A DNA stretch of 57,664 nt from an uncultured Eubacteriales bacterium (lineage in GTDB: Bacteria > Bacillota > Clostridia > Peptostreptococcales > Anaerovoracaceae), in the NCBI GenBank assembly GCA_900551415.1, contig URWB01000001.1, positions 1 through 57,664 on the forward strand. The letters are read 5' to 3'. The notes beneath the pieces are model-generated. The model ran no database searches and was not told the origin of the DNA. It worked only from the letters and a program-made list of their open reading frames with translations. Position 1 is the first letter of the stretch, and each line of letters begins with the position of its first letter. A program made the translations under genes and the position numbers. This document shows positions 11,247-21,249 of this stretch, piece after piece.

Positions 11247-12665
11247 ATGGCAAAGGAGAAGATTTTTGAGAGCCGCGTGGATATCATCAAATACAAAGTT
11301 CTGCGTGAGCTGGCGAGACAAACCTGGGCAGGCAGAGATGCCTTCATGGCGTTTAATGATATCGCGAACGCGGTCGTCAAAAAGGGCGAGCCGCCGAGCC
11401 GCTGCTGCATCTATAAGGATCGTGCGGTCATCGCGGAGCGGATTCGCATTGGTCTGGGGGAATATCATGGAAGCAAGGACACCGTACAGGTTGTGGACAT
11501 CGCCTGTGATGAATGCCCAAAGTCTGGGCACGTCGTGACGAGCCTCTGCCGAGGCTGTCTGGCACATCATTGCCGTTCGGTATGCCCAAAAGGTGCCATC
11601 GGCATCGATACGAAGGGATATGCGCATATCGACAAGGAACGCTGCATCGAGTGCGGCCGCTGTGCCTCCGCCTGCAAATATCACGCGATTACGAATATGA
11701 TTCGTCCTTGCGAACGTTCCTGTCCGGTGAACGCCATCAGCATGTCAGAGGACGGCAGCGCGTGTATCGACCAGGATAAGTGTATCGTTTGCGGTACCTG
11801 TATCTACGAGTGTCCGTTCGGCGCGCTCAATGATATTTCGGCAGTCGTTCGCGTCATTCACGCGATTCAGGCGAAGAAGCAGCAGCAACAGCGCATTTAC
11901 GCGATTGTCGCGCCGGCGGTGGCGTCACAGTATCCGGGTCTGACGACTGCGAAGGTATTCGGCGCGATCAAGGCCATCGGCTTCGACGAGGTCGTGGAGG
12001 TCGCGGCAGGCGCGGACGAAACGGCACTTACGGAAGCAGAGGAACTTTTGGAACGCGGATTTTTGACCAGCTCCTGCTGTCCGGCCTTTGTAGAATATGT
12101 CAGAAACGAATTCCCGATGCTTTTGGACAAGGTTTCGGACACCCTGTCTCCGATGGTGATGACGGGGCGCGCGATCAAGGCGAAGGACCCGCGGGCAGTC
12201 GTGGTGTTCATCGGCCCTTGCATCGCCAAAAAATACGAACGTAAGACAGAAAAAGCAGAACCGTATATCGATCATGTGCTGACCTTCATGGAGCTGCAGG
12301 CGTTGTTTGACAGTACCGGCATCGACATCGCGGATGTGGAGGAACTGGAGCTGCAGGACGCGTCCTGCTATGGCAGAGGTTTCGCGCAGAGCGGCGGGGT
12401 GACCGCGGCGATCGCGGAAGCGCTCAAGGAGCTCGGGCATGAAGATTTCGAGTTCAAGCCAGTGATCGCCAACGGCGTCGAGGAATGCCGCGCGGCGCTG
12501 CTCAAGGCGAAGGCCGGCAAGCTGGACGGCAATTTTATCGAGGGCATGATCTGCGAGGGCGGCTGCGTGCGCGGCAACGGTACGATGGTCAACAAAAAGA
12601 ATACTCCGCTGCATCTGAAGCAATACTGTGAGGCGAGCGCGCGCAAAACGCTGAAAAGCTTATAA
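11247..12665 (+). CDS. Monomeric [FeFe]-hydrogenase (group B-like) with N-terminal ferredoxin clusters
   Basis: H-cluster motifs TSSCCPAF, GPCIAKKYE, EGMICEGGCVRG; several CxxCxxCxxxC motifs; start at ATG 11247 after AAAGGAG. Confidence 0.85.
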   Translation: MAKEKIFESRVDIIKYKVLRELARQTWAGRDAFMAFNDIANAVVKKGEPPSRCCIYKDRAVIAERIRIGLGEYHGSKDTVQVVDIACDECPKSGHVVTSLCRGCLAHHCRSVCPKGAIGIDTKGYAHIDKERCIECGRCASACKYHAITNMIRPCERSCPVNAISMSEDGSACIDQDKCIVCGTCIYECPFGALNDISAVVRVIHAIQAKKQQQQRIYAIVAPAVASQYPGLTTAKVFGAIKAIGFDEVVEVAAGADETALTEAEELLERGFLTSSCCPAFVEYVRNEFPMLLDKVSDTLSPMVMTGRAIKAKDPRAVVVFIGPCIAKKYERKTEKAEPYIDHVLTFMELQALFDSTGIDIADVEELELQDASCYGRGFAQSGGVTAAIAEALKELGHEDFEFKPVIANGVEECRAALLKAKAGKLDGNFIEGMICEGGCVRGNGTMVNKKNTPLHLKQYCEASARKTLKSL

Positions 12666-12723
12666 AACATACGCGGCGCGTGTAAAACCTTTGTAAAAGC
12701 GCGTGCGAAACGCAAAATAGCGG

Positions 12724-12753
12724 TTGACACGAGACCGGATTTTCTGTTATAAT
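12724..12753 (+). promoter_or_regulatory. sigma-A promoter of the str operon
   Basis: TTGACA-18 bp-TATAAT with extended TG. Confidence 0.75.
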
Positions 12754-12849
12754 TATAAGCGCTTTCGAGCAAATCCGGCCTGAAGAATCTACAACAGGTC
12801 GTTTTGGCTTGAAAAAACAAAATACATTCCAGAAGAAAGGAGAAAAAGG

Positions 12850-13269
12850 ATGCCTACTATAAACCAATTAGTACGCGAAGGTAGAACCAGTGCAGGAAAG
12901 AAGTCCAATGCCCCTGCCTTAAACAAGGGTATGAACTCTCTGAAGAGAGTCGCGACTGACACGCATTCCCCACAGAAAAGAGGCGTTTGCACTTCTGTTA
13001 AGACTGTAACGCCGAAGAAGCCTAACTCAGCTTTGAGAAAGGTTGCCAGAGTTCGTCTGACCAACGGAATCGAAGTCACTGCATATATTCCAGGTATCGG
13101 CCATAACCTGCAGGAGCACAGTGTGGTTCTGATCAGAGGCGGCAGAGTCAAAGACCTTCCCGGCGTAAGATACCACATCGTAAGAGGAACCCTTGATACC
13201 GCAGGCGTAAACAACAGACTGCAGGCTCGTTCCAAATACGGCGCAAAGAGACCGAAAGCCAAAAAGTAA
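12850..13269 (+). CDS. rpsL: 30S ribosomal protein S12
   Basis: [31 protein letters not shown]. Confidence 0.99.
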   Translation: MPTINQLVREGRTSAGKKSNAPALNKGMNSLKRVATDTHSPQKRGVCTSVKTVTPKKPNSALRKVARVRLTNGIEVTAYIPGIGHNLQEHSVVLIRGGRVKDLPGVRYHIVRGTLDTAGVNNRLQARSKYGAKRPKAKK

Positions 13270-13567
13270 GATTTCGGTGTAACCAAAATACGCGGTAGAG
13301 CATTCTTTTTTCAGCATAAAAGAAGCGCTCACGGTCATCCTAGTATAGGACAGATCGAGTACCCCGTTAGCTGAGACTGGTCAGAGACTCGATTGCAGCT
13401 CGGCCAGAGTAATCCGTATGCCGCAGGAAACAGATCCGGACGGGAAGATTTTCCTGGGTGGGCAGACGGGTGAAGCAAAGTGCAATGAAAACGTTAAATT
13501 ATAGTTTGCAGATCGTTCCGTACTAGATAAGATAGAATCGGAAAGATCCGGCGAGGAGGGAAGAGAA

Positions 13568-14038
13568 GTGCCAAGAAAAGGTAATATACCAAAGAGAGAC
13601 GTACTTCCGGATCCGGTTTACGGAAGCGTGACTGTTGCGAAGCTGATCAACAGTATCATGCTCGACGGTAAAAAGGGAACCGCGCAGGCCATCGTTTACG
13701 GTGCCTTTGATATGATCAAGGAACAGACTGGCGAGGAACCTTTGGAAGTATTCGAAAAGGCTATGAGCAATATCATGCCTGTATTAGAAGTAAAAGCCAA
13801 GAGAATCGGTGGTGCGAACTACCAGGTTCCGGTGGAAGTCAGACCGGAAAGAAGACAGACCTTAGGTCTGAGATGGCTGACGAAGTATACAAGAGCCAGA
13901 GGCGAAAGAACCATGGCTGAAAGACTTGCAAAAGAGCTTATGGATGCGGCGAACAACACAGGCGCGTCTGTAAAGAAGAAGGAAGATACGCATAAGATGG
14001 CTGACGCGAACAGAGCGTTCGCGCACTTCAGATGGTAA
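13568..14038 (+). CDS. rpsG: 30S ribosomal protein S7
   Basis: MPRKG...[10 protein letters not shown]...[15 protein letters not shown]. Confidence 0.99.
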   Translation: MPRKGNIPKRDVLPDPVYGSVTVAKLINSIMLDGKKGTAQAIVYGAFDMIKEQTGEEPLEVFEKAMSNIMPVLEVKAKRIGGANYQVPVEVRPERRQTLGLRWLTKYTRARGERTMAERLAKELMDAANNTGASVKKKEDTHKMADANRAFAHFRW

Positions 14039-14097
14039 TCCCGGGTGCAGGTTTTGAAAAGAAGAATTAAGAGAAAAGTAGAAGGGAGGATATACGT

Positions 14098-16161
14098 ATG
14101 CCAAGAAGTTTTCCGTTAGAAAAGACAAGAAACATTGGTATTATGGCTCACATCGATGCGGGCAAGACTACCACGACCGAGAGAATTTTGTTCTATACAG
14201 GTAAAACGCATAAATTGGGTGAAACGCACGAAGGCGCCGCGACCATGGACTGGATGGAGCAGGAGCAGGAACGTGGTATCACGATAACCTCTGCAGCTAC
14301 TACAGCACAATGGAAAAACCACAGAATTAACATAATCGATACTCCGGGTCACGTAGACTTTACTGTAGAAGTTGAAAGATCTCTCAGAGTTCTGGACGGT
14401 GCAGTAACAGTACTTTGCGCAAAGGGTGGTGTTGAACCTCAGTCTGAAACAGTTTGGAGACAAGCTGAGAAGTACGGCGTACCAAGAATGATCTTTGTTA
14501 ATAAAATGGACATTATGGGGGCGGATTTCTTTAGAGTTGTCCAAATGGTAAAAGACAGACTCAAGGCAAATGCCGTTCCGGTCCAATTACCAATCGGTGC
14601 TGAAGATAGTTTCATTGGAATTATCGATTTAGTAGAGATGAACGCAGAGATTTATAAGGACCAGTTGGGTAAGGAATTCGAAGTTACCGAAATTCCGGCT
14701 GACATGGCCGACCTCGCGCAGGAATGGAGAGAAAAGCTCATCGAATCCGTCGCGGAGACAGACGAAGAGCTGATGATGAAGTTCCTCGAGGGAGAAGAAT
14801 TTACTGTAAAAGAAATCAAAGACGTAATCAGAAAGGAGACCATCGCGGGCCGTATGGTGCCGATGTTCTGCGGATCTGCTTACAGAAACAAGGGCGTCCA
14901 GATGATGCTTGACGGCGTGGTTGACTATATGCCGTCTCCGCTGGATATCCCGCCGATCAAGGGTATCGATCCGGTAACCGAGGAGGAAGTAGAGAGAGTC
15001 GCTGACGATAAGGGACCGTTCTCCGCGCTCGCGTTCAAGATCATGGCTGACCCGTTTGTCGGCAAACTCGCTTTCTTCAGAGTTTACTCCGGAACCCTGA
15101 CAACAGGTTCCTACGTATACAACTCCACGAAGGGCAAGAAGGAAAGAATCGGCCGTATCCTGCAGATGCACGCGAACCACCGTCAGGAGATCGAAGAGGT
15201 TTACTCCGGTGACATCGCGGCAGCGGTAGGTCTGAAGTTCACAACGACAGGCGACACGCTTTGCGACGAAAAGTCGGAAGTTATCCTGGAGTCTATGAAC
15301 TTCCCTGACCCTGTTATCGAAATCGCGATTGAGCCGAAGACGAAGGCAGGCCAGGAGAAGATGGGTATCGCGCTCGCGAAGCTGGCGGAAGAAGACCCGA
15401 CCTTCAAGACATACACCAACGCAGATACAGGTCAGACGATCATCGCCGGTATGGGTGAGCTGCATCTGGAAATCATCGTAGACAGACTTCTGAGAGAATT
15501 CAAGGTCGAAGCGAACGTCGGCAAGCCGCAGGTTTCCTACAAAGAAACGCTCACAGGTACTGCTGATATCGACAACAAGTACGCGAAGCAGTCCGGCGGA
15601 CGTGGTCAGTACGGTCACGTTAAGATCAGAGTTTATCCGAGAGAAGCCGGTTCCGGCTTCGAATTCAAGAATTCCATCGTCGGCGGCGCGATTCCGAAGG
15701 AATACATTCCGAAGATCGAAGAAGGTATCGTCGAGGCAATGGAAAACGGCCCGATCGCGGGCTATCAGGTTGTCGATGTCGGCGTAGAACTGTACGACGG
15801 TTCCTACCACGAAGTCGACTCCTCCGAAATGGCCTTCAAGATTGCGGCTTCCATGGCATTCAGAGAAGCGGCGAAAAAGGCGAAACCGGTTCTGCTCGAA
15901 CCGATCATGAAGGTGGAAGTCACCGTTCCGGAAGATTATATGGGCGATGTCATCGGCGATATTTCTTCCAGAAGAGGCAGAATCGAAGGTTCCGACATGA
16001 ACATGGGCGCGGTCGCGATCAGAGCGTTCGTTCCGCTGTCCGAAATGTTCGGCTACGCGACCGACCTGCGTTCCAAGACGCAAGGCCGCGGCGTGTATGT
16101 GATGCAGATGGACCACTTCGAAAAGCTGCCGGATAACTTAATCGAAAAAATCAATAAATAA
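14098..16161 (+). CDS. fusA: Elongation factor G
   Basis: [36 protein letters not shown]. Confidence 0.99.
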   Translation: MPRSFPLEKTRNIGIMAHIDAGKTTTTERILFYTGKTHKLGETHEGAATMDWMEQEQERGITITSAATTAQWKNHRINIIDTPGHVDFTVEVERSLRVLDGAVTVLCAKGGVEPQSETVWRQAEKYGVPRMIFVNKMDIMGADFFRVVQMVKDRLKANAVPVQLPIGAEDSFIGIIDLVEMNAEIYKDQLGKEFEVTEIPADMADLAQEWREKLIESVAETDEELMMKFLEGEEFTVKEIKDVIRKETIAGRMVPMFCGSAYRNKGVQMMLDGVVDYMPSPLDIPPIKGIDPVTEEEVERVADDKGPFSALAFKIMADPFVGKLAFFRVYSGTLTTGSYVYNSTKGKKERIGRILQMHANHRQEIEEVYSGDIAAAVGLKFTTTGDTLCDEKSEVILESMNFPDPVIEIAIEPKTKAGQEKMGIALAKLAEEDPTFKTYTNADTGQTIIAGMGELHLEIIVDRLLREFKVEANVGKPQVSYKETLTGTADIDNKYAKQSGGRGQYGHVKIRVYPREAGSGFEFKNSIVGGAIPKEYIPKIEEGIVEAMENGPIAGYQVVDVGVELYDGSYHEVDSSEMAFKIAASMAFREAAKKAKPVLLEPIMKVEVTVPEDYMGDVIGDISSRRGRIEGSDMNMGAVAIRAFVPLSEMFGYATDLRSKTQGRGVYVMQMDHFEKLPDNLIEKINK

Positions 16162-16203
16162 CCCATTATGATATGAGAAACCTTTTATAGGAGGAAATGA
16201 AAA

Positions 16204-17397
16204 ATGGCAAAACAGAAATTTGAAAGAACCAAACCGCATATTAACATCGGTACCATCGGCCACGTTGACCATGGTAAGACTACGCTGACCGCGGCGATCA
16301 CCAAAGTACTGCACCAGAGATACGGCCTGGGCGAAAACGTAGAATTCGACCAGATCGACAAGGCTCCGGAAGAAAGAGAAAGAGGTATCACCATCTCCAC
16401 CGCGCACGTAGAATACGAAACACCGAACAGACACTACGCACACGTAGACTGCCCGGGCCACGCTGACTACGTTAAGAACATGATCACCGGTGCTGCGCAG
16501 ATGGACGGCGCGATCCTGGTAGTAGCTGCAACAGATGGTCCGATGCCGCAGACCAGAGAGCACATCCTGCTTTCCAGACAGGTAGGCGTACCGTATATCA
16601 TCGTATTCCTGAACAAGTGCGACATGGTAGACGACGAAGAGCTGCTTGACCTTGTAGAAATGGAAGTCAGAGAATTACTGGACGACTATGATTTCCCTGG
16701 CGATGACACACCGATCATCAGAGGATCTGCGTTAATGGCATTAGAAGATCCTGCAGGCCCTTGGGGCGACAAGATCGTTGAACTGTTCGAAGCAGTAGAC
16801 AGCTACATTCCGGAACCGGAAAGAGACAATGACAAGCCGTTCCTGATGCCGGTAGAAGACGTATTCTCCATCACCGGACGTGGCACCGTAGCGACCGGCA
16901 GAGTAGAAAGAGGCGTACTCGAAGTAGGTAACGAAGTTGAGATCGTAGGTCTGACGGAAGAGAAGAGAAAAGTCGTTGTAACCGGTGTCGAAATGTTCAG
17001 AAAGCTTCTTGACAGAGCAGAGACAGGCGACAACATCGGCGCACTCTTAAGAGGCGTACAGAGAAACGAAATCGAAAGAGGACAGGTACTGTGCCAGCCG
17101 GGCACCATTCATCCGCATACCAAGTTCAAAGGACAGGTATACGTACTGAAGAAGGAAGAAGGCGGCAGACATACTCCGTTCTTCAATGGATACAGACCGC
17201 AGTTCTATTTCAGAACAACTGACGTAACCGGCGATCTGCAGCTTCCGGAAGGCACAGAGATGTGCATGCCTGGCGACAACATCGTGATGACGATCAACCT
17301 GATCACTCCGATCGCGATCGAAGAGGGACTGAGATTCGCGATTCGTGAAGGCGGCAGAACTGTAGGTTCTGGTGTTGTTACCGAGATCATCGAATAA
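16204..17397 (+). CDS. tuf: Elongation factor Tu
   Basis: [37 protein letters not shown]. Confidence 0.99.
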   Translation: MAKQKFERTKPHINIGTIGHVDHGKTTLTAAITKVLHQRYGLGENVEFDQIDKAPEERERGITISTAHVEYETPNRHYAHVDCPGHADYVKNMITGAAQMDGAILVVAATDGPMPQTREHILLSRQVGVPYIIVFLNKCDMVDDEELLDLVEMEVRELLDDYDFPGDDTPIIRGSALMALEDPAGPWGDKIVELFEAVDSYIPEPERDNDKPFLMPVEDVFSITGRGTVATGRVERGVLEVGNEVEIVGLTEEKRKVVVTGVEMFRKLLDRAETGDNIGALLRGVQRNEIERGQVLCQPGTIHPHTKFKGQVYVLKKEEGGRHTPFFNGYRPQFYFRTTDVTGDLQLPEGTEMCMPGDNIVMTINLITPIAIEEGLRFAIREGGRTVGSGVVTEIIE

Positions 17398-17766
17398 TGA
17401 CTTGTTAATTTTCCGTTCTGCTGTGTTGCTCGCTGCAAATCCGATGCTCACGTACGCATAGTACGTTCCGCTTCGTTCTGCATCGTGCGCCTTGCATAAC
17501 GAAAAATTTCCTGCGTCATATAAAATGCTTGTCAAAACCGTCTGTGGCGTTATTGACTGCGTCGCGCTTCCCTGCTCATGTACTTCAGTATACTCCGCGG
17601 GTCGCCGACTTGTCGCCTAGCCACAGGCGATTTTTTCTGCGCATTTGACTTGTCTTTTTCGCCCACCGCGGTGTCAACTGCGAATCGCTCAGTGCTCACA
17701 TACTACATGTATGCTCCGCGCTTCGCGTTCAGGTTTCCTAGCGGTGAACGAAAAATCCTGCGTCTA
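17398..17766 (+). repeat. Tandem array of three ~123-nt long hairpins, resembling the Clostridiales-1 RNA motif
   Basis: Each unit has TG(A)CTTGT...TGCTCAYRTAC-loop-GTAYRYTCCGC...CCTWGC...CTGCG, and the outer stems covary between units. Family name is from memory. Confidence 0.7.
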
Positions 17767-17818
17767 TCATAGACGCTTTCCCTGCGCATTTTGCGGGACA
17801 GATTGAAAAGATTTGAAT

Positions 17819-17856
17819 ATGCAAAAAGTCTGCATTGCGGTGCAGACTTTTTGCAT
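17819..17856. terminator. Perfect 16-bp inverted repeat, probable terminator of the str operon
   Basis: ATGCAAAAAGTCTGCA-TTGCGG-TGCAGACTTTTTGCAT. Confidence 0.65.
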
Positions 17857-17878
17857 GTCTCAGGCTAATCAGATATTG

Positions 17879-17965
17879 AACATTTACGGATTTCGTTAAA
17901 AACGAGCGAAAAACATTTGCAGATTTCGTTAAAAACGAGAGAAAAACATTTGCGGATTTCGTAAA
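17879..17965 (+). repeat. 33-bp tandem direct repeat (2.6 copies) overlapping a promoter
   Basis: AACATTTRCRGATTTCGTTAAAAACGAGMGAAA units start at 17879, 17912 and 17945; TTGCGG (17950) and TATAAT (17972-17977) follow. Confidence 0.85.
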
Positions 17966-17989
17966 TTCGGGTATAATATCTTTTAGGAG

Positions 17990-19870
17990 GTGCGCCAGTT
18001 CGGCGCTTGAAATATAAGTGGGTGAAATTCCTACTCTGGTAAAGTTTAGCGAACAGCCAGTACTTAGCCTTGGAGCCGAAGCCGCGAGGTTAGGTTTAAG
18101 CGTAGGCAAAGGAGCATAAGAGCCGCAATGCGAAAGCGTGAAGCTAATCAGCCCCGTAAGTTATAGAGAGTGGAAGTCGATGTATTCTCTTATACCGCAG
18201 ACAGCAATTAGCATTCGTTATCGCAAGAATGTTAAGGTTCCACCGGGGTCCAAGGGCGTGGCGAGTATGCAAGGTAGATCAAGCGTACCTGGGAGGTCTG
18301 TACATCTCTGCAAAACAGTAAAACCAAACGAAGTCTTGTAAATGGAGTGCGGTCTATGGGTGTACAGAAGTCGGACTGATTCATAGTAGCGATGAAATCT
18401 GTGAAAGCAGACGGAGCAAAGGAGTCAGCAAATCAACAATCGCCAAAGGCAAAACATGCAGAGTACAGGAGGCTCAGAAAAGCATGGAACATGAACTGAA
18501 GGGGATAAGGTATCAGTCAGAGAAATATGCAAAGCTGACAACGCTTATCAACCGTGTCAATGAAGAAAGTCTTAAAGAAGCCCACCGGCATCAGAAAACA
18601 GGAAAAGCGGTAGGGATCGACAGCGTGACAAAGGAAGAATACGAAAGTAATTTAGATGAAAACGTGCGGGAACTTATCAAGCGCATGAAAACATTTAAAT
18701 ATATCCCACAGCCGGCACGTCGAACCTACATTCCCAAGCCGAATGGAAAAATGCGTCCATTAGGGATACTTGCCTATGAGGACAGACTGGTACAAAGCGT
18801 AATGGCGGAAATATTAAACGATGTATATGAACCACGGTTTCTGGACTGTTCCTATGGATTCAGACCGAACAGAAGGGCACATGACGTTGTTAAATATATC
18901 AACCAGACAATCATGACCAGAAAAGTGAACTATATACTAGATGCGGACATCAAGGGATTCTTTGACAACTTAGACCAAAGATGGCTCATGAAATTTCTGG
19001 AACATGACATAGCAGATAAGAACTTCCTGCGGTATATAAGCAGATTCCTCAAATCCGGAATTGTGGAAAACGGAGCAATACTGGAAAGCGACAAAGGGAC
19101 CCCACAGGGAGGACAGATATCGCCAATACTGGCAAATGTATATCTTCACTATGTATTAGACCTATGGTGCGAAAGAATATTGAAGCAATACGTAAGAGGC
19201 GAGATCTACTACGTACGCTATGCGGATGATTTTCTGCTGATGTTCCAGTATGAGGAAGAAGCGAAAAGGGTACTGGAGTTATTGAGGACACGGTTGGCAA
19301 AATTTGGACTGGAAGTGGCAGAGGATAAGACCAGAATCTTACCAATAGGCCGCTTCAAAGGAACAAAGGAAGATTTCGACTTTCTGGGATTTACATTCTT
19401 CAACACGAAAACAAGGGGAGGGAAATATCGCCTTGGAGTGAGAACCAGCAAGAAGAAACAGAAAATGAAGAAGCAGGCAGCGAAAGCATGGCTTAAGACT
19501 AGGCTGACGAAACCGGTTGCAGACACAATGAGGTTAATCAACCTTTCGTTGGCGGGACACTACAATTATTATGGAGTCAGTGGGAATTTTCACGCGATAC
19601 AGGGATTCTATAAATATGTGAAGTATGCAACGTATAGGATGCTGAATCGCAGAGATCAGAAAGGAAAGTTTCGATATACAAAGTTTCTCCGAGTATGGAA
19701 ATATTATGTGAAAGAGCCACATCTGACAACCGATATTTGGAACTGGAAACCGACGTTGGTTTGAAGAGCCGTATGCGGGAAAACCGCACGTACGGTTCTG
19801 TGAGGGGCAATAGGCAGGCCTTTCACAATCGATAAATTTGAGAAAGGAAGGTCGAGATTGTCTACTCGAC
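17990..19870 (+). mobile_element. Group II intron (IIB-like, endonuclease-less IEP)
   Basis: 5' GTGCG at 17990; domain V GAGCCGTATGCGGGAAAACCGCACGTACGGTTC just after the IEP stop; domain VI GAG-GGGCAAT/ATTGTCT-A-CTC with bulged A19864, 7 nt from the 3' AC end at 19870. Confidence 0.92.
18484..19764 (+). CDS. ltrA: Group II intron reverse transcriptase/maturase
   Basis: KPNGKMRPLGI, SYGFRP, DADIKGFFD, GTPQGGQISPILANVYL, RYADD, FDFLGF and domain X; no HNH domain. Confidence 0.95.
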   Translation: MEHELKGIRYQSEKYAKLTTLINRVNEESLKEAHRHQKTGKAVGIDSVTKEEYESNLDENVRELIKRMKTFKYIPQPARRTYIPKPNGKMRPLGILAYEDRLVQSVMAEILNDVYEPRFLDCSYGFRPNRRAHDVVKYINQTIMTRKVNYILDADIKGFFDNLDQRWLMKFLEHDIADKNFLRYISRFLKSGIVENGAILESDKGTPQGGQISPILANVYLHYVLDLWCERILKQYVRGEIYYVRYADDFLLMFQYEEEAKRVLELLRTRLAKFGLEVAEDKTRILPIGRFKGTKEDFDFLGFTFFNTKTRGGKYRLGVRTSKKKQKMKKQAAKAWLKTRLTKPVADTMRLINLSLAGHYNYYGVSGNFHAIQGFYKYVKYATYRMLNRRDQKGKFRYTKFLRVWKYYVKEPHLTTDIWNWKPTLV

Positions 19871-19879
19871 GAAGTGAAT

Positions 19880-21232
19880 ATGGTTTTTAAGCGAAAGATA
19901 TACAGCAAAATGCTGGAGTGGAAAACTGTTTCGCATGGCGAAAGCGCGCTTATGATAGAAGGCGCGCGCCGTATCGGTAAAAGTACGATTGCCCTTGCGT
20001 TTGCGAAGAACGAGTATGAGGATCACATGATTCTTGACTTTGCGCAGGAAAGTCAGGATGTCCGCCGCAATTTTGAAGAGAATATCGGTGAGCTTGATGT
20101 GTTTTTCAGGAATCTTTTTTTGCTCAAAGGCAGAGATCTGCCGAAAGGAAAATCCGTAATCATTTTTGATGAGGTGCAGCTGTTTCCAGCTGCGCGGCAG
20201 GCAATCAAGTTTTTGGTGCAGGATGGGCGATATGATTATATCGAAACGGGTTCGCTGATCAGTATAAAGAAAAATGTAAGCGATATTTTAATCCCATCGG
20301 AGGAATTCAAAATCAAGATGTTTCCGATGGATTTTGAAGAGTTCCTGTGGGCGAAGAGCGATACCGTTACCGCAGATGCAATTCGCTATGCGTTTGAAAA
20401 GAAAAAGCCGCTGGGGGATGCTGTGCACCGAAAAATCATGCAGACCTTTCGCACCTATATGGCAGTAGGTGGAATGCCGCAGGCGGTGTCGGCATTCGTC
20501 GAGGGGAGAACCTATCGGGAGATCGATTTCATAAAGAGAAATATTCTTTCCCTTTACGAAGACGACCTTAAGAAACATGATAACGACAGTAACGAGAAAG
20601 CATCGATCATTTTCAAAACGATCCCGGAGCAGCTTTCCAATCGGAATTCACATTTTCGTATGGCTGGCGTAGAAAAAAACGCAAGGTATCAAAATTATAT
20701 CGGGGCGATTGATTTTGTTGCGGAATCCATGATCGCCAATTTGTGTGTCAATACGACGTCGCCGGAAGTTGCGCTTGAACTGCATGCAGACAGACGCAAT
20801 TTTAAATTATACATGGGCGATACGGGCCTGCTCGTATCCCAGATTATGAAAAACCGTGACGACACGGAGGAGGATTTATATAAATCGCTTATTTTTGACA
20901 GGCTTGGGATCAATCAGGGCATGATTATGGAAAATCTTGTAGCTCAAATGCTTAGAAGCAGAGGTTACGAATTATATTTCCATGAGTTTGAGATTTCCGG
21001 GGGAGAAGGCAGGAAACCAAATAAATATGAGATTGATTTTCTTTTGGTCAGAAATAAAAAGCTGTGCCCGATTGAAGTGAAATCCTCAGGATATAAAAAC
21101 CATAAGTCCTTTGATATGTTTGCGGGGAAATATCAGACAAAGGTACAGGAAAGGTATATGATCTGCGCAAAAGATTTGTCCGTAGAAGAGAATATAATCC
21201 GCATTCCACTGTATATGACGATGTGTCTGTAA
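19880..21232 (+). CDS. AAA_14-type ATPase with DUF4143 / C-terminal PD-(D/E)xK-like domain
   Basis: Walker A GARRIGKST, Walker B IIFDEVQ, GGMP, EIDF...PIEVKS; real start at ATG 19880 (the ORF-track extension lies inside the intron). Confidence 0.85.
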   Translation: MVFKRKIYSKMLEWKTVSHGESALMIEGARRIGKSTIALAFAKNEYEDHMILDFAQESQDVRRNFEENIGELDVFFRNLFLLKGRDLPKGKSVIIFDEVQLFPAARQAIKFLVQDGRYDYIETGSLISIKKNVSDILIPSEEFKIKMFPMDFEEFLWAKSDTVTADAIRYAFEKKKPLGDAVHRKIMQTFRTYMAVGGMPQAVSAFVEGRTYREIDFIKRNILSLYEDDLKKHDNDSNEKASIIFKTIPEQLSNRNSHFRMAGVEKNARYQNYIGAIDFVAESMIANLCVNTTSPEVALELHADRRNFKLYMGDTGLLVSQIMKNRDDTEEDLYKSLIFDRLGINQGMIMENLVAQMLRSRGYELYFHEFEISGGEGRKPNKYEIDFLLVRNKKLCPIEVKSSGYKNHKSFDMFAGKYQTKVQERYMICAKDLSVEENIIRIPLYMTMCL

Positions 21233-21249
21233 TAAAGGAAAGCGGAATC

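Noticed and set aside
6000..16116. Long antisense ORFs (e.g. 6000-6818, 7950-9194, 9447-10499, 14629-16116)
   Set aside because: They shadow rpoB, rpoC and fusA on the opposite strand, as expected from biased codon usage; no recognisable motifs.
17398..17965. Hairpin array or 33-bp repeats as a CRISPR array or as ncRNA partner of the RT (retron/DGR-like)
   Set aside because: No repeat-spacer pattern; the RT lies within complete group II intron boundaries and has a maturase domain; no template/variable repeat pair was seen.
18028..18033. TTCCTA as the intron EBS1
   Set aside because: It is paired within the early AGTGGG/CCTACT hairpin and too near the 5' end; the loop at 18187-18192 fits better.
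19838..19879. N-terminal extension of the ATPase ORF in the ORF track
   Set aside because: It lies mostly within intron domain VI; ATG 19880 fits the reconstructed SD.
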